Source of the DNA: Promethearchaeota archaeon
Lineage (GTDB): Archaea; Asgardarchaeota; Lokiarchaeia; Sigyniarchaeales; SOKP01
Length of the DNA: 11,900 bases
Assembly (NCBI GenBank): GCA_019058015.1
Contig: JAHLWH010000050.1
Span: 1-11,900 of the forward strand
Direction of reading: 5' to 3'
Below the pieces are notes generated by a model. It saw only the letters and a program-made list of their open reading frames with translations, made no database searches and was not told the DNA's origin. This document shows positions 1 through 8,354 of the stretch, in pieces. Position numbers and translations under genes: made by a program. How positions within the stretch are numbered: the stretch's first letter is position 1; each line of letters begins with the position of its first letter.

Positions 1-1372
1 CTTCAAAACTATCAAAATTAAAATCTAAAAAATGAATCCTGGGCCTTTTACTGAGTGGAATGATAGTCTGATTGCTGTATTTGTTAATTAAGAGATTTTC
101 GATCGTAGTTAATATTTTTTCTGTGTTTATTATATGAGTAAATATAGAAAATCGCAGAAAAGCAAGATAGATTCCCCCAAATTGACCATGCCAATAACAG
201 TCGTTGCATTGACTTTTATAAACCTCGTCCCAAGCATTCGATAATAATTCTTGAAGTTTTTGATCTTGATTCCCCAATTTTGTTATTTTATTTTCGATGA
301 TTTTTAATTTATTACGAATGTAAAGCATTTTTTTATGCATTGTATTCGATTCAGGGTATTTTACTAAGAAATATCGCCAGAATCCACCTTTAATAAACCT
401 TTCAATTTTTGAATCGATAATACGATTTTCAATTTTTTCTTTAATTTTTTTAAATTGAATCCTCTGCTTAGTAGGAAGCACCCACTCCTCCATTTTGTCA
501 TAAGATGATGTGGGAATATATATTAAACCTTTAGAGTTGTAATTTTCAATATATTCTGATAAAGTAAGGGTTTTAATCCAATCATTATCTAAAATTGTGT
601 CAAACAAAGCTGGAATAAATGGCTTTTTGTCGTCCCCATCATAATGCCCTTTAATATAACAAATCTCATGTGTGGTCCCCCATACACCCATCTTTTCGGC
701 ATCACTTAAAAGGACAACTATTCGGTCACCATTTTCATCTGCGGATTTTTTTAAATAATCAATCGTCATAAAAGTAGGTTTCCAAGGAGTTAAATATCTA
801 ATTTTTTCGTTAATAGGAAAAATTGTTAGAATGTCGCCTCCATCTTCGGTCGTGTAGGAATAAAGTGTATCTCCTTCTTCAAGACCGCAGGATTTGAGGT
901 GGTTATCATCAACTAAGATATACTTTAATCCAACCTTACTTATAAAAGATGGATAGTCAGGTTCCCACACCCTTTCGCTCAACCATGCTCCATTGACCTT
1001 TAATCCAAATTCATCTATTATGCGTTTGCTTAATTTATTCATTTGAGCTATTTTATCCTCATCAGGAATTATTGCATATATCGGTTCATAATAACCGCCA
1101 CCAATTATTTCAATTTGCTCTCTTTTTGACATTTTCTTCAATTTTTCCACAATTTCTGGCTCATTATCACAGAACCAATCTAGGAGATTTCCTGAAAAAT
1201 GGAGTGTAAACTTTATTTCTGGAAAATCGAACATTTGATCAATCAATGGTTCATATGCTTTTTTATAGCAATCTTCAATAACCCAATTAAAATTATCTAC
1301 GGGTTGATGGAAATGAAATACGAGAGGAAAATTGATTGATTTCCCTTTTATATCAGATTTTTGTTCAGTCAT
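1..1372 (-). CDS. GH57 family 4-alpha-glucanotransferase/alpha-amylase (3' end runs off the window)
   Basis: Manual translation from ATG at 1372 (in-frame TAG two codons upstream): MTEQKSDIKGKSINFPLVFHFHQPVDNF...LHFSG...GGGYYEPI...GAWLSERVWEP...LLSDAEKMGVW...SQCNDCYWHGQFGGIY, open to the window edge (457 codons). The GH57 conserved regions HxHQP, WLxERVW (nucleophile Glu), xDxEKxG (acid/base Asp) and QCNDxYWHG match the Thermococcus glucanotransferase/Dictyoglomus AmyA type. Confidence 0.95.
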   Translation of the reverse strand, partial: MTEQKSDIKGKSINFPLVFHFHQPVDNFNWVIEDCYKKAYEPLIDQMFDFPEIKFTLHFSGNLLDWFCDNEPEIVEKLKKMSKREQIEIIGGGYYEPIYAIIPDEDKIAQMNKLSKRIIDEFGLKVNGAWLSERVWEPDYPSFISKVGLKYILVDDNHLKSCGLEEGDTLYSYTTEDGGDILTIFPINEKIRYLTPWKPTFMTIDYLKKSADENGDRIVVLLSDAEKMGVWGTTHEICYIKGHYDGDDKKPFIPALFDTILDNDWIKTLTLSEYIENYNSKGLIYIPTSSYDKMEEWVLPTKQRIQFKKIKEKIENRIIDSKIERFIKGGFWRYFLVKYPESNTMHKKMLYIRNKLKIIENKITKLGNQDQKLQELLSNAWDEVYKSQCNDCYWHGQFGGIYLAFLRFSIFTHIINTEKILTTIENLLINKYSNQTIIPLSKRPRIHFLDFNFDSFE

Positions 1373-1525
1373 GGTCTAGATTCCTTCATTTATATACAAA
1401 TTAAAAAATCGAATATAATATTCAATTAATTTAAATATAGAATATAAATTTTAAAAAATGAAGTAAAATTCTAAAATATAACTTATCAATTCCTTTTAGA
1501 TTAGAGAAAAAAATACGTTAAGAGC

Positions 1526-3208
1526 GTGTTATTAAATATTAGTAAAGAAATTGTTTTAGAAATTATCAATACAAATGAATTTAAACATTGGTTGAAAAAC
1601 AGAAGATGGTTTGGAGAAAAAAATTTACCGGATTTTGATATAAAATTAAATTCTATTTTTATTGTTCCAAATGAATTTATAACTCCACATGACTGTGCAA
1701 TTATATTCACTGTTATCAATATAGATTCCAATAAAGAAAGAAATTATTTTCTTCCATTATGTATTATAAAATCTTTCGATTCACTCAATGAGGAGAGTAA
1801 TACCTTAAAATTAATTAAGCAGAAATGTTTAATATTAGATTTGAGTGAGAAAACAAAAGAGTTAATACTTTTTGAAGCTGAATTTTTTCCAGATTTTTGG
1901 AAGACTTTGTTTTCAAATTTTAATAAATTGGCAGAGATAAATTGCGAAATATTTTCTGAAAAATTTAAAAATCTCTTATTAGATGATTTTCAAGTTCAAA
2001 TAAAAGAATTAGATGATGCAAAGACTACAAATATTGTTTTAAAATTGGAGATTGATAAACCAAATGATAAAAATAACACTGGAAGTTTAAATCAGTTGGT
2101 AGTAAAATCATACAGAAAATATACTCCACATATTGAAGTAGAAATGCTTAAAACTCTTAATAATAACAGCTTTAATGCGTCTCCTAATATGCTGGGTTTA
2201 ATTAGTTTTAAAGAATATAATGTTCTTAATTTTATGAATTTTATAGAGAATGAAGGAGATGTTGGTCTTATTTATTGGAATGAATTGAATGATCTTTTTG
2301 ATTTTTACTTAAATAATCCTGACGAATTAAATGAAATTAATTTTGTGAAAAATACAAACCTATTAGAATTAAAATTAAAAGATTATTGTAAAAATTCAAT
2401 ACAATTTGGTGAAAAACTTGGAAATTTTCTCAAGCATATGCATCAGTGCCTTATCAACAACGAATCGAATGAATTTAGTTTAGAAAAAATAGATCAGGAA
2501 ACAGAAACTTTAATATTAAATCAATTTAAAAGTCTTTTATCTGATATAATAAACGGTTTAAATTTTAGTAAAGAATTAGAAATTATTAAAAACGAAGAAA
2601 TCATTGCGAGTTTAATAAACATATCCTCAATAATGGACAATAAAGATTATTTTTTAAAAATAAAAGATGTTAAAACACAAAGAATTCATCAAGATTTACA
2701 CATGGCCCAAATTTTAATTAGCAAGTTGGAAGGAAACTCGGAATTTATTATTACTGATTTTGAGGGAGATCCTCAATTATCTATTATGGACCAAAAAAGG
2801 AAATATCCAATTGAAAAAGATCTCGCCTCCCTTCTCAGATCACTTGATTATATTAAACTTCTCTCCCTAATTGGTGTAATAAAATATTATATAAAAGAAA
2901 CCTCTGATGAGATATCTAAAAAAATTTTATTATCTTTATACAAAGAACAGAAGCCGACAGCATTATTGGAAAAAGATTATATTTTTCTTAAAAATCTTGT
3001 AAAGATTGGGGATTTCTGGCAATCTCATATATCCAATTTAATCTCTATTGCATATTATAATTCCGAAGAAATATTTCAAATGAAAAAATTCCTTATAAAT
3101 TTCTTTTCAATTCAACGATGTTTGATGGAACTTAATTACGAAATAAACTTTAGACCAGAAAATATCATGATCCCATTCTTAGGGTTAAAAAGAACCTTGC
3201 TAAAGTAA
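1526..3208 (+). CDS. Maltokinase (Mak/Pep2)-like kinase, aminoglycoside phosphotransferase fold
   Basis: N-terminal WLKNRRWFGEK cap motif, VVKSYRK (ATP-binding Lys), QRIHQDLHMAQIL, ITDFEGDP, KDLASLLRSLDY and ELNYEINFRPE all match Mak/TreS-Mak motifs. GTG start; an in-frame TAG at 1502-1504 limits upstream extension. Confidence 0.85.
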   Translation: MLLNISKEIVLEIINTNEFKHWLKNRRWFGEKNLPDFDIKLNSIFIVPNEFITPHDCAIIFTVINIDSNKERNYFLPLCIIKSFDSLNEESNTLKLIKQKCLILDLSEKTKELILFEAEFFPDFWKTLFSNFNKLAEINCEIFSEKFKNLLLDDFQVQIKELDDAKTTNIVLKLEIDKPNDKNNTGSLNQLVVKSYRKYTPHIEVEMLKTLNNNSFNASPNMLGLISFKEYNVLNFMNFIENEGDVGLIYWNELNDLFDFYLNNPDELNEINFVKNTNLLELKLKDYCKNSIQFGEKLGNFLKHMHQCLINNESNEFSLEKIDQETETLILNQFKSLLSDIINGLNFSKELEIIKNEEIIASLINISSIMDNKDYFLKIKDVKTQRIHQDLHMAQILISKLEGNSEFIITDFEGDPQLSIMDQKRKYPIEKDLASLLRSLDYIKLLSLIGVIKYYIKETSDEISKKILLSLYKEQKPTALLEKDYIFLKNLVKIGDFWQSHISNLISIAYYNSEEIFQMKKFLINFFSIQRCLMELNYEINFRPENIMIPFLGLKRTLLK

Positions 3209-3246
3209 TTCTGATAATTTTAATAAATAAATTATATATAGTTTAT

Positions 3247-4635
3247 TTAATCTAATTTTTCTGCTATATATGGTTTCAAAGAATTTATTGCGATTGCGTA
3301 AAGAGGAATTACGGATAATTCAATAAATATTGAAATTATGAAAGGTGCTTTTGGACCTAAACTATCCCAGGCTAATCCACCTAAAATAGGGCCCAAAATA
3401 GCACCTAATAAACTTAACCACTGAGCTGCTCCAAAAATTTTTCCACGATGAATTTTTGATATCCGACTGAGAACATTTTGTAAAACTAAATTACCACCCC
3501 AGGCAAAAGTCGAATCAAATAGTAATATCATACCAAACGTTAATCCAGATGTAGAATTAATTATTAACCACGTCATTAATGCACCTAATCCACTCACGAC
3601 AGCAATTCCTAATATTGGATTTACTTTATCAGCAATTTTCCCTATTTTAGGAGCAAATAATAGAGATAATACTTGACTAGGAAAATAAATTAACATTACA
3701 AGTGTAGGGTTCTCAATTTTTAACTCTTGTATCAAATAGACTTGAAAAAATGGATATGCTAAGTCTGAATTCATACTACTTACCATAAAAGCAATACTTA
3801 ATACAAAAAAACCGATAAAAAACCCAATTGTTATATTATTCCTTGATTTAAAAAGAGAATCTTGTATCACAGGCTCATGATAAATAAGGGATGGTTCGAC
3901 TGAAGATGGAAATATATTGACAACATGCTTTTCATATGTAAGTTGCTCATCAACTTTAAGATGAAAAATTATCCCTCCAAAAATATTAGATGCAGCAAAT
4001 AATAATAGTGGACAGTAGACTAAAAAAAGATTTTCAGGAGTAAAGAAATTTGCTAAACCAAAGATAGTAAAACTAATAATTGATCCAATGAGGTTTCCTT
4101 TTCCTATCATTGCAGCTCTTTTACCAAATGCAAAAGAACGATTATCTTTATTTGATTTTTCGGAAATTAATGTATCTAATGGTGTCCAAAAAAATCCAAC
4201 AAAAAATCCCAAAACAAACATCCCAATAGCAAAGATCGATAAAGAAGAAAATAAAATTCCCACATACATTAATACATAGCATGCAGCACGCCCAATACTC
4301 CCTATTAGCACCAAAACCTTTTTTGAAATACGATCAGTTAAATAACCAATAATCGGAGCACTAATTAACCCACCCATTATTTGTATTGAAAATGTAAGAC
4401 CTAATTGTATACCTGAAGCTCCAAGTAATTGCACTGTTATATATGGTATCAAAAATGAAAAAAAGAAAAATCCCAAACCATTCCAAAAAATAATTCGAAT
4501 CATAGGAACAAAATCTGGAGTAATCTTTACCTGGATTTTATCTTCTTGAGGATTACCTCCAGAATTAATTCGTTTTGTCTCTTTTGATATATGTTTAGAA
4601 TTAGAATGATTTTTATTATCAATATTATAGGACAT
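3247..4635 (-). CDS. MFS transporter
   Basis: 462 aa with about 12 hydrophobic segments in two halves, MFS motif A in both halves (GYLTDRISKK; GKIADKVNP) and a hydrophilic central loop. Confidence 0.93.
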   Translation of the reverse strand: MSYNIDNKNHSNSKHISKETKRINSGGNPQEDKIQVKITPDFVPMIRIIFWNGLGFFFFSFLIPYITVQLLGASGIQLGLTFSIQIMGGLISAPIIGYLTDRISKKVLVLIGSIGRAACYVLMYVGILFSSLSIFAIGMFVLGFFVGFFWTPLDTLISEKSNKDNRSFAFGKRAAMIGKGNLIGSIISFTIFGLANFFTPENLFLVYCPLLLFAASNIFGGIIFHLKVDEQLTYEKHVVNIFPSSVEPSLIYHEPVIQDSLFKSRNNITIGFFIGFFVLSIAFMVSSMNSDLAYPFFQVYLIQELKIENPTLVMLIYFPSQVLSLLFAPKIGKIADKVNPILGIAVVSGLGALMTWLIINSTSGLTFGMILLFDSTFAWGGNLVLQNVLSRISKIHRGKIFGAAQWLSLLGAILGPILGGLAWDSLGPKAPFIISIFIELSVIPLYAIAINSLKPYIAEKLD

Positions 4636-4923
4636 TTAAAAAAGCTTCCCCTAAGACTATTATTTCTAATAAAGAGGCTTTTCCTAAAAAGTTCATTATT
4701 TAATTCATAACCGAAATTCATAGAATAAATGGAAACAACATAATTTTGAGCAAAAAAGCATACTAATTAAAAATGCCAAAGATTATTCAATTAAAATTAG
4801 CTTGTTAAAACGTATTAATCGAACTCATTTTTTAGGAATGAAAAAAGTCAAAAGCCCCTTTATTTATTGCAGCCAATCTAAGTTTATTGAGAGCTTTATA
4901 CCTAAAAGAAGCATTATTTGTAC

Positions 4924-5514
4924 CTATTCTTCTCTCAAATGCATAAATGTAAAGGTATAATAACCACTTGGAGCGTTTTCACCTTTGCCAAAAACTCTCT
5001 CATATTCTTTTTTTATCTTATCAGACGAGATGTTTTCGCTTAAAAATCGCATCGGCATCTTTTTTTCATTCACTAAACGATAACAAAATGATTTTACAAA
5101 ATTTTCAGGTCCAAATTCATGAGGTATCTGAATATTTCTATTACTGTCAAGAATTAGTAAGAACCAACCTAATCTATTACATAATTTTAATTTGTATTCT
5201 AAACTGAAATCTCCCTTAATTCTGCATATATCATTCACATATAAAGCCATATCATCACCGAGATCCATTTGAGATTTTTCATCCAATTTTGATAATATAT
5301 TTCGAATAGTCTCCTGCTTTAAGACCATTAAAGATCGATTATTATACCCCCGTATCGTTCCATCATTATGTATTGCTAAGATTTCAGCTAAATTCAGGAA
5401 ATTTCTTATAACACTACCCTTCTTATCATTTAGTATTTTTTCAGCAATAAATTTTAGTTGTTCTTCCAAATCAGAACTAATTCTAACTGTTATTGGCTTT
5501 TTTTCTGAACTCAT
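4924..5514 (-). CDS. Putative regulator: N-terminal ribbon-helix-helix domain plus C-terminal domain (possibly V4R-like)
   Basis: KKPITVRISSDLEEQLKFIAEK...KKGSVIRNFL fits the RHH (CopG/Arc/MetJ) pattern of an alternating beta strand followed by two helices. The C-terminal domain call is tentative. Confidence 0.65.
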   Translation of the reverse strand: MSSEKKPITVRISSDLEEQLKFIAEKILNDKKGSVIRNFLNLAEILAIHNDGTIRGYNNRSLMVLKQETIRNILSKLDEKSQMDLGDDMALYVNDICRIKGDFSLEYKLKLCNRLGWFLLILDSNRNIQIPHEFGPENFVKSFCYRLVNEKKMPMRFLSENISSDKIKKEYERVFGKGENAPSGYYTFTFMHLREE

Positions 5515-5538
5515 AATTTTTTTAATATGAATTTATAC

Positions 5539-5552
5539 ATATATACTTTTGT
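5539..5552 (-). promoter_or_regulatory. Candidate archaeal BRE/TATA for the RHH gene
   Basis: The minus strand reads acaaaagTATATATG about 25 nt upstream of the ATG at 5514, the spacing expected for a leaderless archaeal transcript. The AT-rich background lowers confidence. Confidence 0.4.
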
Positions 5553-5804
5553 AGAGATCATACACATAAAATTACAAAGTCTTCAAAAAGAATTTTAAGA
5601 TATAGCAAAAAATGATAATTTAAAATGAAATTCATATTATATTTATACCTAAAAATTTCCCATTTTTGTGGAAAATGATAATCATTAATTTAGATATTAT
5701 AATTTGAAAAAAAAAATTCCCCAAAAAAGTATCTATTTGAATAAGAAATTATTTATAAAAATATGTAGTCTTTTAGAATTTCTTTTATTAAAATGATGAC
5801 AATC

Positions 5805-5822
5805 GTTACATTTGTTACATTT
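5805..5822. repeat. Tandem direct repeat 2 x GTTACATTT
   Basis: gttacattt gttacattt at 5805-5813 and 5814-5822, in the intergenic region between the two regulators. Confidence 0.7.
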
Positions 5823-5829
5823 GATGCGA

Positions 5830-5846
5830 CGAAAAACCTTTAAATC
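5830..5846 (+). promoter_or_regulatory. Candidate archaeal BRE/TATA for the ArsR-type gene
   Basis: cgaaaaaccTTTAAATc: a purine-rich BRE-like run followed by a TTTAAA box, about 65 nt upstream of the ATG at 5912. Confidence 0.45.
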
Positions 5847-5911
5847 TTAAGAGAATATTAATTTGATTGTAATACAAATAGTAAATTTTGATATAGGGTT
5901 AAAATTATAAA

Positions 5912-6250
5912 ATGGAATTTACAGAAACCGTATCTTTTAAAGAAATCCCGGATAGTATTGAGCAAGATCTTAGAATAGATGATGATGAAAAAATAGAATT
6001 AATTTCAAAAGCTCTATCGAGTCTGACAAGACGAGAAATTATACGCCTTATTAGAAATCAATCAATAACTGGTGAGTTAATTGATGTGTCATCAATTGCG
6101 GACATTTTAAATATGACAGAAGCAAATATTTCCGCGCAGATAAAACGACTTGAGAAGGCAGGATTGATTCGATGTCTTTATATGCCTGGGCAGCATGGTG
6201 TAAAGAAAATTTCTCAAATGACATATAAAAAAATCATTTTTAGTATCTAG
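5912..6250 (+). CDS. ArsR/SmtB-type winged-helix transcriptional regulator
   Basis: KALSSLTRREIIRLI...IADILNMTEANISAQIKRLEKAGLI...PGQHGVKKIS is a typical ArsR-type wHTH. Confidence 0.9.
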   Translation: MEFTETVSFKEIPDSIEQDLRIDDDEKIELISKALSSLTRREIIRLIRNQSITGELIDVSSIADILNMTEANISAQIKRLEKAGLIRCLYMPGQHGVKKISQMTYKKIIFSI

Positions 6251-6393
6251 TCTTATTAATCTTTCAATTCAGGGGAAAAATTGTTAAATACTGTTCTTTC
6301 TCTAATTTAATAACTGTTCTAAATTTAATTTGATTTTTTATTTTACGGCAGATATTTTTAATGTAATTAATAGTTCACTATTAATTTTATGTT

Positions 6394-7074
6394 CTATGGG
6401 GTTTTAGAGTATCTAGCTTTCATATCTTCGAGTGAAATTCGTCTTGTTCCTGACTTTATGAATTTTAAATTGTAAATTAATTCAATGAAATTTACAATCA
6501 TATGAGAAGTCGCTCCAAATATTACATATTTGTTGTTATTTGTTTTATAAACATATTTACCGACAGCAATAGTGTCACCCCTTAGGTTATATGTTCTCTC
6601 AATATAATTTTTTTTATTAACAAAGAAGGAGATCGGAATTTTAATGATTTCTTCCACTTCATCATCGCATTTAATCATTTTCTGCTGTTTATCTGTATAT
6701 CCTACAAAAGGAGTAATTAGATGTCCTTTAGGTGTAACAACATCATCAATGCATCCAATTATTTGGATTTTATCTCTTGAAATGCCCAATTCTTCTTCAG
6801 TCTCTCTTAACGCTGTATCTTTATATGTATCATCTAATTGAGGATTATACAAACCTCCCGGAAACGACATTTCTCCTGAATATTTATCATTTGATCTATG
6901 AGTTCGTTGAATTAAAACTAAATTATAAGGTTTATTATCATTTGGAATAATTAAAAATAATACCGCTGAACTTATCAAGCAGTTATCTCTAAAGGAAATT
7001 CTTAAAGGCGAATTAAATTTTTTTAACTTACTTCTAAATAAATCTTCATTGAAGAATAAATTCATAAACTCCAT
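6394..7074 (-). CDS. Nudix hydrolase, CoA pyrophosphatase (NudL/Pcd1/NUDT7-like)
   Basis: SAVLFLI, NuCoA-like motif LIQRTHRSNDKYSGEMSFPGG, Nudix box TALRETEEELGI, ITPFVG, EVEEIIKIPI and C-terminal IFGAT. Confidence 0.9.
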   Translation of the reverse strand: MEFMNLFFNEDLFRSKLKKFNSPLRISFRDNCLISSAVLFLIIPNDNKPYNLVLIQRTHRSNDKYSGEMSFPGGLYNPQLDDTYKDTALRETEEELGISRDKIQIIGCIDDVVTPKGHLITPFVGYTDKQQKMIKCDDEVEEIIKIPISFFVNKKNYIERTYNLRGDTIAVGKYVYKTNNNKYVIFGATSHMIVNFIELIYNLKFIKSGTRRISLEDMKARYSKTP

Positions 7075-7085
7075 AATTCTACTTC

Positions 7086-7130
7086 AAAAGACTTGAATTT
7101 CTTAATATAATTTAGATTAAAAAGACTTGA
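7086..7130. repeat. Direct repeat 2 x AAAAGACTTGA upstream of the Nudix gene
   Basis: Copies at 7086-7096 and 7120-7130 (34 bp period). Confidence 0.6.
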
Positions 7131-7151
7131 GTCTATAAAAAATTAGCCTTT

Positions 7152-8354
7152 TTATTCTTCTTCCTCAAATTTCAACTCTTTTCCGCAGCTTTTACATCTT
7201 GAATCTATTAATTTTTCAAAACATTTTGTGTGGTATAATGCATTACATTTGTAATTGCCACATTTGATTATATCTTGTTCCTCCTCAAATATCATATTAC
7301 AAATTCGACATGAACCATAAAGTGCTTCATCACCTAACTCTGAAGTAGATGTCCTTATTGCATAAAAAACATCACTTGTTTCAGATTTGGAAAACAGACT
7401 AGGTTTTCTTAATGCTTGCAGTTTTGTAATTTGCTGAACCTCTACTGGAATTTTTAAAAGATAGAAACAATGAGGACAACGAAAAGTTCCTGAAGCTTTT
7501 AGTTTATCATCTGATAAACTTGCCGCGTAAGCCGTGGCACAGTGGAGGTGCATTGGAATATGACAATCGGGACAATATCTCCCCTCTGTAAAGAATGTTC
7601 CCCCACAATATGGACATATATCAGAAAAACAAATAGAGCATTTTTTATAATCAACCTCTCCGCGAATTTGTTTTATCCGTTCTTTTTGGTTTTTAGTTAA
7701 ATCCTGTGTTCTTAAGAGAGAGGCAGCAATTTTACGTAAGAAAGCTGGATTTTCAATAGCTGACTTGATATCTATTGTATCAATTCTTACATTTGATGTA
7801 GCAACTACTCTAGCTGAATTAAGCATACTCTCAGAATCATTATTATAAAAGTATTGTCCTTTAGTGACCTCTGACAATCTTTTTAATATATTAAAATGAG
7901 TTAATTCACCCAATCTTATTGTATCTATTATTATTTTTAACTTACTTGCTAAATTAGCCATCTTTAAAGGATCAATTGACGTCTTTGTATAATTTCCATC
8001 AGAAATTATTAAAATTCGTGGCACTTTAGCACTGATTTTTCTTAGTTCACCTATTTGTTTTTGGATTCCGAGAGCGAGAGTATCCCCCAGAGTGGATCTT
8101 CCTCCAAATTCCAGATTGTTTAAATTTTTAATTATTATTTCTTTGTTGCTATTGAAATCCAAAACGAGTTTAGGACTATCAGATATCGTTATAACCGCAA
8201 AAGAAGTTGATGGATCTTTTTGAAGCCTTGTAGAAACGAGGACTTGTAGAGCCTTTATACAAGATTCTAATCTATTTGGTATATAATCCTTTCTATACAT
8301 TGAACGACTAACATCAAAACATATAATAATATTTTCAGAGACTCGTTGGCTCAT
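7152..8354 (-). CDS. vWA domain protein with two C-terminal C4HC3 RING-like zinc fingers (p44/Ssl1- or Rpn10-like vWA)
   Basis: vWA at aa ~7-185 with MIDAS DVSRS...T...ISDG and DYIPNRL. Finger 1: C239,C242,(C247,C250),C261,C264,H269,C272,C293,C296. Finger 2: C349,C352,C365,C370,H375,C378,C387,C390. Confidence 0.88.
   Translation of the reverse strand: MSQRVSENIIICFDVSRSMYRKDYIPNRLESCIKALQVLVSTRLQKDPSTSFAVITISDSPKLVLDFNSNKEIIIKNLNNLEFGGRSTLGDTLALGIQKQIGELRKISAKVPRILIISDGNYTKTSIDPLKMANLASKLKIIIDTIRLGELTHFNILKRLSEVTKGQYFYNNDSESMLNSARVVATSNVRIDTIDIKSAIENPAFLRKIAASLLRTQDLTKNQKERIKQIRGEVDYKKCSICFSDICPYCGGTFFTEGRYCPDCHIPMHLHCATAYAASLSDDKLKASGTFRCPHCFYLLKIPVEVQQITKLQALRKPSLFSKSETSDVFYAIRTSTSELGDEALYGSCRICNMIFEEEQDIIKCGNYKCNALYHTKCFEKLIDSRCKSCGKELKFEEEE

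Noticed and set aside
1501-1731. 76-aa minus-strand ORF
   Set aside because: Antisense shadow of the maltokinase-like gene with no motifs.
4088-4279. 63-aa plus-strand ORF
   Set aside because: Antisense to the MFS gene; its composition mirrors hydrophobic codons on the other strand.
4527-4721. 64-aa minus-strand ORF overlapping the MFS start
   Set aside because: Out-of-frame overlap of over 100 nt with the MFS gene and no recognisable features.
4636-4923. 288-bp intergenic gap as a possible ncRNA or riboswitch
   Set aside because: No GC enrichment or convincing stem structure is visible by eye; a covariance-model search would be needed.
4968-5207. 79-aa plus-strand ORF
   Set aside because: Antisense shadow of the RHH gene.
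6644-6841. 65-aa plus-strand ORF
   Set aside because: Antisense shadow of the Nudix gene.
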